The notes: generated by a model from the sequence alone, not told the origin. A stretch of 64,000 nucleotides of DNA from Candidatus Kaelpia aquatica (GCA_030765335.1 JAVCCU010000001.1:456-64455); one strand, 5' to 3'. Positions 19,838 through 29,744 are shown, counted from the first letter of the stretch. A program made the numbers and translations.

Positions 19838-21094
19838 TTAAAACAGTTTTTCCTGTTTCTCTATAATTTTGACAGGGCTACCCGCAGAAAGTTTTTTCAT
19901 TCCCGGTGTCTCTGTGACAATTAGATCGCTTTCTTGAAGACCTTTTTTAATAACAGCAAAGTCAGTCGTAATATGCTCAACAGAGATTTGACGGTATGCT
20001 ACTTTACCCTCTTCTACAATCGCGGCATAATAAGCCCCCTGCTGTATCGAGACAGAAGAACTTGGAATAACATAAGCATCTTTTTTTCTAAATACAGCGA
20101 CAGATGCCCGCGCAAACATTCCGGGCCTAAGAAGCTTTCCTGGATCAAGCACCCGCATACGCACATTAAGCGTCCGTGTTCTTTCATCCACTTCAGGAAA
20201 CAGTATTTCTACATAACCAAAGAAAACTCTTGTCGGATAAGTATCTACTTTGATTTTTACTTTCTGTCCTGATTTAATCTTAAAAATATCTCTCTCTATG
20301 ATCCCTGCCTCTACAAACGTATTATCCGGGTCTATAAACTTGCAGATCACATCATTAGATGTAATGAACTCCCCTACCTCTTTCTCTTTTTTACCTATAA
20401 CACCATCCTGCGGAGCTTTTAATTGCAGCTTCTCTAATTTCAACTTGCTCAGCTCCAGCTCTTTATTGCTGACTGCTACTTTAGCTTTAGCAACATCGGT
20501 CTCAGCCTGCACTTGATCCAGCCTATCTTTGATAATTGCACCCAACCCATAAAGCCTTTTAACCGTCTCATATCTTTTAAGAGCTGCTTTATACTCTGCC
20601 TCTGAAGCCTGCAATTTTGCTTGTGTCCATTGGATCTCTAAATTAACATCTTTGGGGTCAAGAGCTGCAAGAAGATCATTCCTCTTAATCGCTTCGCCTT
20701 CTTTAAAATTGGCGCTCTTTAGCACACCGTTTGTTTCAAACTTAAGCTCAAGTATTGGAAGATTTCTAACTGTACCGGCCACGAATAACTCATCTGTAAA
20801 ATCAACCGGCTTCAGCTCATAGGCTTTAATCGGAACTTCTTCCTGGGATTGCTGTGGAAATAGCGAAGAGATATCTTGAGGTTTCTTCTCTGTAGAGCTC
20901 TTCTTTTTTGGTCCTTCTATTAACCGCTCTTTTTCTCCTTGGGCTAGGGGCTTGTCATCTTTATCTTGAGAATTAAAAAGTCTCTGTACCCCTAAAAATA
21001 GAAAGGCTATGATAACTACGTTCACGACAATAAATACAATCTTTCTTGGAGCAAAAAACTGTCTTACTTTAGATAAATCTAAAATTTTTTTCAT
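19838..21094 (-). CDS. RND efflux periplasmic adaptor (membrane fusion protein, HlyD family)
   Basis: N-terminal TM, low-complexity linker, lipoyl/beta-barrel MFP core; ATGA overlap with the upstream gene. Confidence 0.85.
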   Translation of the reverse strand: MKKILDLSKVRQFFAPRKIVFIVVNVVIIAFLFLGVQRLFNSQDKDDKPLAQGEKERLIEGPKKKSSTEKKPQDISSLFPQQSQEEVPIKAYELKPVDFTDELFVAGTVRNLPILELKFETNGVLKSANFKEGEAIKRNDLLAALDPKDVNLEIQWTQAKLQASEAEYKAALKRYETVKRLYGLGAIIKDRLDQVQAETDVAKAKVAVSNKELELSKLKLEKLQLKAPQDGVIGKKEKEVGEFITSNDVICKFIDPDNTFVEAGIIERDIFKIKSGQKVKIKVDTYPTRVFFGYVEILFPEVDERTRTLNVRMRVLDPGKLLRPGMFARASVAVFRKKDAYVIPSSSVSIQQGAYYAAIVEEGKVAYRQISVEHITTDFAVIKKGLQESDLIVTETPGMKKLSAGSPVKIIEKQEKLF

Positions 21095-23334
21095 TGCATT
21101 ATCTCCACATTATCTCCGATTCTCAAACCCTTAAAATTATCCCCGATGCCTTTTTCCAAATAACAGGCTGATGTCCCTTCCTCTATACGAGCAGGTACAA
21201 GCAAAGCATACTCTCTACCATTGCGATAGACTACAACCTTGCTTGATGAAGTCAAACCTTTCACATCTCCGATATTAAGAATAGCCATTCCATACTGATT
21301 GTTGACTCCAATTATTCTACCCTCTATACCTGTTAAAGCTGCCTCTTTCCTCTCTTTTTTAAAATCCGGGAGCAAGAAAGGAGTATAACTTGCACTGGTA
21401 GGGGAGTTCTCGCCAAAGTCCTCCCAAGCAGCTATTACCGGCCTGCTGGTTGTTAAACTTAAAAAGCTTTCAACTTCACATGCTTTAGAAAGACCAGAAA
21501 GAGCCATATAATAACCTATTAAAGCACGGTTATAATTTACTTTTTCGTTAGCATAATCTAAATATGATTGCATTAGTGCTGTTATATCCGCTTCTTCTAT
21601 TTTCATCTTACCTTCTGTTACCTTTAATCGCTTATTCAAGAAATCCAGTTTATTCAAAGATGTTTCTATTTGAAAAAGAGAAGATATGTAATTTGCATAA
21701 GACTTACCAACTTCAGCAACAATAGTCTCTTCAGATTCAAGCTCTTCGTTTAAAGACTTAAGATGCTCTATTTGAGCGGTGCTTATATCCGCAATGCTAC
21801 TCAATCTGTCTACCAAAGAAAACTCCGTTGATCTTGTAAGAGATTCGGTTGTCTCTGACAGACTAAAACCGCCTGCCGGTCTGCTCTGTTTTGTTACAGA
21901 ACTACTCAATGTACTTGTACCTATAGGCTTCGTCACTTTTAACCCTACATACCAACTATCCCTGAAAACCTCATCTTCTGTTTCATAGCCTTCAGCCATC
22001 TGACCAATTTTACCCGTAAAGCTCACTCGACACCTATTTTTAGCTTTTGCTATCTGTTGATTTAAATTGTTAAAATGACTTACCAATTGCCTGATTCGCA
22101 GTTCGGAGCGTCTTGTCTTAGCAATCTCTAGTGCCTTATCCATATCAATGTTGACTCTTTCAAAAGGCAGCCAATTAACAAAATTTATCTCTTCATCTTC
22201 TGGTATATTTAAAACTTGTCTAAAAGAAAGTTCCGCTAAAGAGAGTTCTTTTTGAGCTGATATGAAAAAAAACTTGACCTGATGATAGGAGGATGTTAAC
22301 TGCTTATACTCTAATTCTGTAATTAGATGCTGCTGATAGAGTACTTCTCCTAAAGCAATGATCTTGTTAGCCTCCTCAAGAAGCTTATTAAAAGTATCCC
22401 AGTTCATCCTATTCAACACAACATTGTAGTAGCTTCTTTTTAATTCCAAGGCATAATCGGCATAAAGCCTCTTATGTTCATAGAGCGAAAGTTCTTTGTT
22501 TATCTCGGCTTGCTCAATTTTATACCTTAATTCACCGCCATAAGATATAGGCTGCTCTAACTCTAATTCGTATGATTTCGAAAAAATACCAACATCTTCG
22601 ACAGAAGTACCGATTGTATCGATAACTCTGATTATAGCGTTAGGAAAAAGCTGCCGCTTGGCCTCTCTTTGCTTGAGCTGTGCAAGTTCATATTGACTCT
22701 GGGCAACTTTTAGATCCCTGTAGTTTTCTGCTCCAATCTCTAACCATGGCCGCCAACCCCAGATTGCCTCCTGCCATTCTTGTTCATTTTTAGGACCAAT
22801 ACGCTTATTTGGCATAAAACTAAATGCTTTAGGAAGATCTGCTGCTTTATCCACAACTTTATCCACAAAAGCCTCTCTGATAGATGGAAATTTAATATCT
22901 ATACTCTTTTTGTTTAACAGCACATCGTACTTACTCGTTTTGCTCATGGCAAACTTTATACCATCCACTTTCCCAGGCTTATCAGCAGTTGGCTCATAGC
23001 CTGGATAAAACTCCACTTCCACATATTCTAACCCAGGTAAGTCAATATCTGTTTTTAACTTATGCATACAAAGAATATTACTACCAATAAGATCAAAAAA
23101 AAGATATTGATTATCTTTAATCCAATATGCGAAATAAGTAGGAGATTGATTGAAATTAAATTTTAAAGTAAATACGCCATCTTGAAATACCTTTTCAATG
23201 CTATTCAAGCTAACCGTATCATCAGAATATGATACGGTTATTTGCAACAATGATACGGTTAGCAGTAACCATATCATAAATGATATGGATAGCTTTCTTG
23301 CTGCTACTTTTGAAACTAATTTATATATAACCAT
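21091..23334 (-). CDS. Outer membrane efflux protein (TolC-like OMF) with N-terminal extension, S/T-rich insertion and C-terminal beta-domain extension
   Basis: 747 aa versus ~450-500 for typical OMFs. Central coiled-coil repeat halves typical of the OEP family. The C-terminal ~70 aa resemble the C-terminus of ORF 12106..13293. Confidence 0.72.
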   Translation of the reverse strand: MVIYKLVSKVAARKLSISFMIWLLLTVSLLQITVSYSDDTVSLNSIEKVFQDGVFTLKFNFNQSPTYFAYWIKDNQYLFFDLIGSNILCMHKLKTDIDLPGLEYVEVEFYPGYEPTADKPGKVDGIKFAMSKTSKYDVLLNKKSIDIKFPSIREAFVDKVVDKAADLPKAFSFMPNKRIGPKNEQEWQEAIWGWRPWLEIGAENYRDLKVAQSQYELAQLKQREAKRQLFPNAIIRVIDTIGTSVEDVGIFSKSYELELEQPISYGGELRYKIEQAEINKELSLYEHKRLYADYALELKRSYYNVVLNRMNWDTFNKLLEEANKIIALGEVLYQQHLITELEYKQLTSSYHQVKFFFISAQKELSLAELSFRQVLNIPEDEEINFVNWLPFERVNIDMDKALEIAKTRRSELRIRQLVSHFNNLNQQIAKAKNRCRVSFTGKIGQMAEGYETEDEVFRDSWYVGLKVTKPIGTSTLSSSVTKQSRPAGGFSLSETTESLTRSTEFSLVDRLSSIADISTAQIEHLKSLNEELESEETIVAEVGKSYANYISSLFQIETSLNKLDFLNKRLKVTEGKMKIEEADITALMQSYLDYANEKVNYNRALIGYYMALSGLSKACEVESFLSLTTSRPVIAAWEDFGENSPTSASYTPFLLPDFKKERKEAALTGIEGRIIGVNNQYGMAILNIGDVKGLTSSSKVVVYRNGREYALLVPARIEEGTSACYLEKGIGDNFKGLRIGDNVEIMQ

Positions 23335-23350
23335 ATCATAACCGTATCAT
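23211..23350. repeat. Cluster of 7 copies of motif ATGATACGGTTA/TAACCGTATCAT, including a perfect 12-6-12 palindrome, spanning the OMF start codon
   Basis: Copies at 23211-23222 (rc), 23229-23240, 23250-23261, 23268-23278 (rc variant), 23280-23290 (variant), 23329-23340 (rc variant) and 23340-23350 (rc). The pair 23211-23240 reads TAACCGTATCATcagaatATGATACGGTTA. Confidence 0.8.
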
Positions 23351-23377
23351 TTAGAATTTCTCAAAAATAGCTTCTAT

Positions 23378-23383
23378 TGTCAA
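23378..23383 (-). promoter_or_regulatory. Putative -35 hexamer (TTGACA on the minus strand) of the efflux operon promoter
   Basis: Perfect TTGACA ~45 nt upstream of the OMF start; the -10 element is unclear. Confidence 0.25.
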
Positions 23384-23422
23384 GTAGAAAATGCCGCAAA
23401 CAAAGGGATTGAACTGCAGATA

Positions 23423-24133
23423 TTAGTCTGAAACCTGATTTATGTCGATTAAATAGTCCTGCCTTGCAAGGATATGAGCAACACGTTCAAGCTCTTTTAT
23501 CAGTCTTTCTTTTTCCTTGGGATCTTTCAGGGGAGGGATTTTTATGACTATCTTGTTTTGCCCAAAGATTATACTTATCAATACATCTATTTCTCGTTCT
23601 TCAGGAGTCTTACTCTCTTCTTGAATATCCTGTTCGGTTTTTTCTTCTTCGCTAATAAATACATCTTCTTTTGTCTGCACCTTAATCCTAAGGCCGTATT
23701 TATGCGCAGGCAGATCCTCTCTCTGTCTATTTGCAGCATCTTTAAGAATTAAAGGTAGCGCCTCTTCTATCTCCCTTGCAATCCTCGCCACATCAACTGC
23801 ATGTTCAATTTCAGAAACACCCTCCTCAAATTCTAACTCGATTGTCTCGATTCCAAAAATAGATTCCGGCATTATGTAGAGATAAAAATCGCTGCCCATG
23901 GGTGATACAATATCTCCTGCCTGCTGAGGAGCCATGTAAGGAAAATGATAGACTTCGCTCTCTATCTTCTTCAAAGGCGTATACGCAGATTTACCGTATT
24001 CACTCCCTAAACTATAATCCCAACTATTTTCATTACCCTGCGCAAAGGATATAGAGGACTGTAAGAACATGATAACCAAAAACAGAAAGCTAACTCTGAG
24101 GATCGAAACTCGCTTCAGAAAATATATGTTCAT
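23423..24133 (-). CDS. Exported hypothetical protein
   Basis: 236-aa ORF with an N-terminal signal peptide and acidic C-terminal half. Confidence 0.5.
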   Translation of the reverse strand: MNIYFLKRVSILRVSFLFLVIMFLQSSISFAQGNENSWDYSLGSEYGKSAYTPLKKIESEVYHFPYMAPQQAGDIVSPMGSDFYLYIMPESIFGIETIELEFEEGVSEIEHAVDVARIAREIEEALPLILKDAANRQREDLPAHKYGLRIKVQTKEDVFISEEEKTEQDIQEESKTPEEREIDVLISIIFGQNKIVIKIPPLKDPKEKERLIKELERVAHILARQDYLIDINQVSD

Positions 24134-24181
24134 AGTTGCTATCTTAACAAACGGCGGCTTATAATGCTACAATTTTCAAGA

Positions 24182-25726
24182 TTAAATATCAATGGCTTCT
24201 GGGTAGAAGACAGGGGCATTCTGAACTTGAAGATTATTATTATCACTCGCTGACCAATATTGAGCAAGAACATTGGTACGGGCTGCCTCATAGTCCATGC
24301 CTTGATTTATAACTTGTTCTGTAATCTCCTGGACTGCGTTGGCAAATTTTTCTGATGTTATATCACCTAAAATTCTTGCAACCTCTTCGTCTTGAAAAGC
24401 ACGCCACATTACCTGCCCATATTGTATCGCATCTTCAAGTGAACCTTCGCCTAAAGTCAGGCTAAAATTCACCGATTCTATGGTAGCAAGCTTAGTCAAA
24501 GGATCATATTCTAATATTTTACTTATGGAAATTGTATTATAACTTACCGTTCCATCTTTGGATTCTATATGAGAAACGCTTAAAATCTCCGACGCTCTAT
24601 CAAATTCATCGTATTGATAATATTGAAGAGATGTAGTAATTAAATCAGGAGATTGATCATCGTTAAAGCGTGTTATTTCAAGTACTTGAGGCATATATTC
24701 TATATCGCCATCTTCATTGACAGATAAATAAAACTCTTTTATATCAACAGTCTCTTCATAACTACGAGTATATTCTCCAAGCAAAGATTCAGTAACTTTT
24801 CTATGATAACTTCTAGTCTCTCTCAGATTAAAATCCATCTCCAAAACATTTTGATAAAAATTTGTAATAACTCCTGTCTCTAAATTTTCTATCTCCTGAT
24901 ACAATTTAACCACATAGCCAAATGCATTGGATTCTTTATTATTAACCCCCCACCACTGACCTGCATTTTCAAGATTCTTTACATAATTATAACTATCTTT
25001 ATATACAACAAACTCTATTTCTGGGTTATCATCATCCTGCGCATATGTAGGCCTACTTGTTTTAGAAAATGTCCAATCCATAAAATGTTTCTCTTCATCT
25101 CTTAATGCAACCTGTATTGGTATCAATGTGTCCGGGCCGCCAAGTTTATCGTTTGATATGCTGTGATTAAAAGTTATTGAAAACTTTTTTTTCTCATGCT
25201 GACCAGATGTCTCTGCTATTCTTTTTAAAGCCTCTTCTATATCTTTATCTGTAACACCTTTTTGTTGTGTCGCATACTTCTCGATAAGCCGTTTTGCAAT
25301 CTCTGCATTTGTTCCATTAAAAGATATTGCCCCATTCTTACCCACGCTTCTACTAGGACCAGCAGCCTTGATTGGAGCAAAAAATTGATCGATGCGCATT
25401 TTTTCAAACTCTCTGGTTCTATTTCTTGTGTAAGCAATCATCTGTAACGATGCGCTTAAATTTTGATAGCTACTGCGCACCTGTTCCCCTGATTTTTTTC
25501 CTATCAATAAACTCCTTATGTTCTCCTCTCTACTTTCTAGCTCTGCAAGAGATAATGCAACAGCGTCGGCGTAAACCTCCGCGGCTGAACTAGGCGATGA
25601 CACACCCATAGGCTCCTCTTCCCCTGAACCACCATAGGCGTTTACATCCGCAGAGAACATACAACAGATAGATACCGTTATTAGGCCAAAAATTAATTCT
25701 TTTAAAAAGTCTTTTTTCTTGTTCAT
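24182..25726 (-). CDS. Exported hypothetical protein
   Basis: 514-aa ORF with an N-terminal signal peptide; no family recognised. Confidence 0.55.
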   Translation of the reverse strand: MNKKKDFLKELIFGLITVSICCMFSADVNAYGGSGEEEPMGVSSPSSAAEVYADAVALSLAELESREENIRSLLIGKKSGEQVRSSYQNLSASLQMIAYTRNRTREFEKMRIDQFFAPIKAAGPSRSVGKNGAISFNGTNAEIAKRLIEKYATQQKGVTDKDIEEALKRIAETSGQHEKKKFSITFNHSISNDKLGGPDTLIPIQVALRDEEKHFMDWTFSKTSRPTYAQDDDNPEIEFVVYKDSYNYVKNLENAGQWWGVNNKESNAFGYVVKLYQEIENLETGVITNFYQNVLEMDFNLRETRSYHRKVTESLLGEYTRSYEETVDIKEFYLSVNEDGDIEYMPQVLEITRFNDDQSPDLITTSLQYYQYDEFDRASEILSVSHIESKDGTVSYNTISISKILEYDPLTKLATIESVNFSLTLGEGSLEDAIQYGQVMWRAFQDEEVARILGDITSEKFANAVQEITEQVINQGMDYEAARTNVLAQYWSASDNNNLQVQNAPVFYPEAIDI

Positions 25727-25772
25727 GATGCATTTATACCATATCTTTTACTAAAAAGCAAATAAGAGCATC

Positions 25773-26345
25773 TTATTTTAGATAAAAATCATCTATATAG
25801 CAACGTCCCGCTTCTATACTGGTATATCGTTTATCTATAAATATGTTTATTTCTACTATATTAGAGAATTTTTTATCTTTTAGACTATTTAGCGACATCT
25901 CTACCTTACCCCACTCACCAGAGATTTGAGAGCTCATCTTTGTGACTCTATTACCAAATTTATCTTCTATTGTGATCCCTACTATTTTAGAAAACCCTAG
26001 CGTTGACTCTCCTTTAATCCAAAACCCGAGTAAGTCATATCCGCTAAAATCATGCTCTGAAACATCTAACCACAAGCCTCCTACAAGATCTGCTCCAGAC
26101 CTAAAATCATAATCAAGAGCTATGGCTTGACCTTCTTCTCCTATTCGGATGCGATCTTGGAGCTCAGCTTTGAAACTCACCTGCTTATCATCAGATACCG
26201 CCTCCCATGCTCCGCCCTTATATTCATCTGCATTAAAATCCTGCAAGATAAAGGCCTGCTCTTTAGGCTTTGAAAAGCCACCAGCTACATTAGTACAGCT
26301 ATAGAACATTGTAGAGATAATTATTATACATATAGACTTTCTCAT
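25773..26345 (-). CDS. Exported/lipoprotein CBM-like domain protein (third, more distant paralog)
   Basis: Shares an LDYDF...GGLWLD..FSGYD..FWIKGE...EWGKVE...YIDDFYL motif skeleton with ORFs 8900..9475 and 6280..8826 (N-terminus). ATGA overlap with the upstream gene at 26342-26345. Confidence 0.6.
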   Translation of the reverse strand: MRKSICIIIISTMFYSCTNVAGGFSKPKEQAFILQDFNADEYKGGAWEAVSDDKQVSFKAELQDRIRIGEEGQAIALDYDFRSGADLVGGLWLDVSEHDFSGYDLLGFWIKGESTLGFSKIVGITIEDKFGNRVTKMSSQISGEWGKVEMSLNSLKDKKFSNIVEINIFIDKRYTSIEAGRCYIDDFYLK

Positions 26346-26962
26346 TGTTTTACCACAATCCGCGGTTCCTTGATGGAGTAACTGCCTATGCCATCACGAT
26401 CACTGCCTTTAGGTACAACTATTTTGATGCTCTCTATGTCCGCAATTGCCTTAATCTCAAAAAGGACCAAAGGTATTAAGATAAGCGTAGGGCCCTTAAG
26501 TTTTGCATTTAATATTTTAGAGCGGCTTTTGTCTTTTAACCCAATCTGAATATCTAAAGACCTAGGCCCTTTTTTACTCGGCAAAACTACCATCTCTAGA
26601 GCATAGTCTTTGGCTTCTTCGCCAGGCATCTCCTGAGGTAAAAATATCTCACACTCCGGCATGCGCCTAGGTAAAGAGAAATAGCTTATACTTAGAACTC
26701 TGCTCTCTCTATCAATGCCGGCAGTCATAAAACCCAAAGAGCCTATCTTGGTCGTAATCCATCTTTTAGAGTCTTCCTGAAAAAGAAAGTCAAAACTATA
26801 TGCAACCTTGGATTTAAAATCGAAATCAGGATACTCTTGGTGAAGTTCAGGATTAACTATAATGGCTTGAGGTAAAGTGAAGACGATGCTCTGGTTTTCT
26901 TCAGCAAAGCATAGAGAGCATAGAGCTAAAACAGTAACAAACACGCTGTTTTTTATTCCCAT
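26342..26962 (-). CDS. Exported hypothetical protein
   Basis: 206-aa ORF with a signal peptide; translationally coupled to the downstream CBM-like gene. Confidence 0.5.
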   Translation of the reverse strand: MGIKNSVFVTVLALCSLCFAEENQSIVFTLPQAIIVNPELHQEYPDFDFKSKVAYSFDFLFQEDSKRWITTKIGSLGFMTAGIDRESRVLSISYFSLPRRMPECEIFLPQEMPGEEAKDYALEMVVLPSKKGPRSLDIQIGLKDKSRSKILNAKLKGPTLILIPLVLFEIKAIADIESIKIVVPKGSDRDGIGSYSIKEPRIVVKQ

Positions 26963-27000
26963 AATAACCTCATCAATATTCTAACATCTGCATAGAGATT

Positions 27001-27693
27001 TTACAAACCTCTATTACCATTTAACAATACAACCATCTCGCCCTTTAATTTAACTTGATTGCACTCTATACGCTTTAGGAGTTCTGATGTTTTACAACGT
27101 AGCAACTCTTCATAAATCTTTGTTAACTCTCTGGCTAAGCAGAGATCTCTATCGCCCATTACAGCTAAAACATCTCTTAATAGTTTTTCTATCCTGTGAG
27201 GACTTTCATAAAATATGATAGTCCTAGAATCCTCTCTTAAAGCTTCAAGTCTCTGCTTTCTTTTACCGCTCTTGCGAGGTAGAAATCCTTCAAAAGTAAA
27301 TCTATCTGTAGCTAGACCTGAAGCTACTAATGCAGTTAAAAAGGCGCTGGGGCCAGGTATAGGTACAATATCTATACTGCATTTTAACGCCTCTTTTACA
27401 AGATAGAACCCGGGATCTGAGATCCCAGGAGTACCCGCATCGGAAATAAGAGCATAGGTAGCGCCCTCCTCTATCTTTTTTAAAACAGCTGGGGTCTTCT
27501 GCTCTTTATTGAAATCGTGAAAAGAGACTCTCGGAGTATCTATGCTATATCGATGGAATAATTTTTGAGCTCTACGCGTATCTTCACATAGAACAACCTC
27601 TACCTCTTTAAGAATCTCAAGGGCTCTAAGGGTAATATCCCCTAAATTCCCAATAGGAGTTCCGACCAAATAGAGTCTTCCTTTGCTGGACAT
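27001..27693 (-). CDS. rsmI: 16S rRNA (cytidine1402-2'-O)-methyltransferase
   Basis: LYLVGTPIGNLGDITLRALEILK...EDTR N-terminus and tetrapyrrole-methylase-fold motifs typical of RsmI. Confidence 0.9.
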   Translation of the reverse strand: MSSKGRLYLVGTPIGNLGDITLRALEILKEVEVVLCEDTRRAQKLFHRYSIDTPRVSFHDFNKEQKTPAVLKKIEEGATYALISDAGTPGISDPGFYLVKEALKCSIDIVPIPGPSAFLTALVASGLATDRFTFEGFLPRKSGKRKQRLEALREDSRTIIFYESPHRIEKLLRDVLAVMGDRDLCLARELTKIYEELLRCKTSELLKRIECNQVKLKGEMVVLLNGNRGL

Positions 27694-27706
27694 TTGAAAT
27701 AAAAGA

Positions 27707-29521
27707 TTATTCTACAGTTACGCTCTTTGCAAGATTACGAGGCTTATCAACATCGCAGCCCTTTTTAAGCGCAATAAAATACGCTAAAAACTGCAGCGGC
27801 AGCGGAGTAAGCAGCACTGTGAGAGATTCTCGTATCTTGGGCATTTTAAGCGTTCTGAAACAGATTGATTCTGTTTCTAAATCATCCTCTGTTATAAGTC
27901 CTATCAGTTTCCCTTTTCTAGCTTTTATCTCAAGCATATTAGATAGCATCTTATCCCGCACTTTACCTGCAACAGATATGACCACCACTGGGAGCTGTTC
28001 TTCAATTAAAGCTATCGGACCATGCTTCATCTCCCCACCTGGATATCCTTCAGCATGAATATAAGATATCTCTTTCAGTTTTAAGGCCCCCTCTAAAGCA
28101 TTGGGGTAATTGATTCCTCGAGCTAAGTATAGAAAATTTGAAGATTGATACAGCTCTAACGCTAAATTTTGGATGCTATCTTTTTCGGCAATTATCTTCT
28201 CTAAATAGAGCGGCACCTTTTTCAAGTCCTGTATATAGCTCTTTAAAAATCCGGCGTCCTTAGCAAAGCGCAAGCTGGCTAACTTTAAAGCTAAGAGCTG
28301 TAAGACCATAATCTGAGCCAAATATGCTTTAGTCGAGGCCACGCCTATCTCAGGCCCGGCAACAGTATAGAGCACTTGATCGGATTCTCTGGCAATAGTT
28401 GAGCTCTCCACGTTAACCAAAGAGAGCGTTTTAAAATTAAACTCCTTAGCAAGGCGCAAGCTGGCTAATGTATCTGCAGTCTCACCCGATTGGGATATAG
28501 ATATAAAAAGCGTCTGCTCTTCAGGCACTGGATTTCTATACCGAAACTCACTTGAGGTGTCTACAGTAACTGCTATACCTGCCATATCCTCTATTAAGTA
28601 TTCGGCAATTAGGCCTGCATGGTAGGCTGTACCGCAGGCAACTATTACAATCCGCTTTATATCCTCAAAAAAGCTATCTTTGATCGGCAATTCAACCTGA
28701 TCCTGGCTTATATAATGTTTAATAATATTTTTTACTACCTCAGGCTGTTCGTATATCTCTTTAAGCATAAAATGCGAAAATCCATTTTTGCTAGCTAGAG
28801 ATGTAGCCAATTTTAACTCTGAAGGATTTTTAAGCCTCTCTTTACCGTTAAAATCTTTAATAGAAAAGCCGTCTTCTTTTACTATTGCCATCTCTCCATC
28901 GTCCAGATATATGACGAGCTGGGCCTCATCTATTAACGCTGTTGCATCTGAGGCAAGATAGTAACCATCTTTACCTATGCCCAGAAGTAAAGGGCTTAAC
29001 ATTCTGGCGGCAATAATTTTATCCGGCTCTCTCTCAGAAACTACCATTAAAGCATAGCTGCCCTCCAGTCTTGGCAAAACCTGCCGCACGGCCTCTTCTA
29101 AATCATCTGCATAATACTCCTCTATAAGATGCGCTATAACCTCAGTATCTGTATCTGATCTAAACTTGTGGCCATTTTTCAAAAGTTCGGTTTTAAGCTT
29201 TTGGTAGTTTTCAATAATACCATTATGCACAATGACAATCTCTTCTTTACAGTCCAAATGAGGGTGAGCATTACACTCGTTGACCTCACCATGAGTAGCC
29301 CAGCGTGTATGCCCTAAACCTAAGCCGCCCTTCATATCTAATGATTTGAGATTTTCTTTTAATACTTCAACCTTGCCAGGCTTTTTGACGGTTTGAAATC
29401 TTCCGTTATTCAATACAGATATGCCGGCAGAATCATAGCCTCTATATTCTAAGCGCTCTAAACCTTTTTCAAGAATCTTAAGAGCATCTTTCTTGCCTAA
29501 ATAGCCAACTATACCGCACAT
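27707..29521 (-). CDS. glmS: Glutamine--fructose-6-phosphate aminotransferase
   Basis: 604 aa, MCGIVGY N-terminal Ntn-amidotransferase start followed by two SIS domains. Confidence 0.95.
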   Translation of the reverse strand: MCGIVGYLGKKDALKILEKGLERLEYRGYDSAGISVLNNGRFQTVKKPGKVEVLKENLKSLDMKGGLGLGHTRWATHGEVNECNAHPHLDCKEEIVIVHNGIIENYQKLKTELLKNGHKFRSDTDTEVIAHLIEEYYADDLEEAVRQVLPRLEGSYALMVVSEREPDKIIAARMLSPLLLGIGKDGYYLASDATALIDEAQLVIYLDDGEMAIVKEDGFSIKDFNGKERLKNPSELKLATSLASKNGFSHFMLKEIYEQPEVVKNIIKHYISQDQVELPIKDSFFEDIKRIVIVACGTAYHAGLIAEYLIEDMAGIAVTVDTSSEFRYRNPVPEEQTLFISISQSGETADTLASLRLAKEFNFKTLSLVNVESSTIARESDQVLYTVAGPEIGVASTKAYLAQIMVLQLLALKLASLRFAKDAGFLKSYIQDLKKVPLYLEKIIAEKDSIQNLALELYQSSNFLYLARGINYPNALEGALKLKEISYIHAEGYPGGEMKHGPIALIEEQLPVVVISVAGKVRDKMLSNMLEIKARKGKLIGLITEDDLETESICFRTLKMPKIRESLTVLLTPLPLQFLAYFIALKKGCDVDKPRNLAKSVTVE

Positions 29522-29575
29522 TTTTACCAGTACCCCCCTTTTTACCCGCTCCTTATCTTGCCGCTAATATTAACA

Positions 29576-29648
29576 CGTCCCCAGCCGGGTTTGAACCGGC
29601 GCCGACGACTCGAAAGGCCGTTGTCCTAGGCCGCTAGACGATGGGGAC
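29576..29648 (-). tRNA. tRNA-Glu (anticodon UUC)
   Basis: Minus-strand reading GTCCCCATCGTCTAGCGGCCTAGGACAACGGCCTTTCGAGTCGTCGGCGCCGGTTCAAACCCGGCTGGGGAC. 7-bp acceptor stem, TTCAAAC T-loop, CTTTCGA anticodon loop, discriminator G; no encoded CCA. Confidence 0.88.
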
Positions 29649-29744
29649 TTCTTTTCTACTTAAATACCACTTTATTAAGTTTACCACTTTATCTCGATTT
29701 TGCAAATAACTCTCTATTTTTTAAAGTTACTACCTCTAAAAACC

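Noticed and set aside
29522-29575. Possible glmS ribozyme or riboswitch upstream of glmS
   Set aside because: Only ~53 nt separate the glmS start from tRNA-Glu, far too short for the ~170-nt glmS ribozyme; no conserved core seen.
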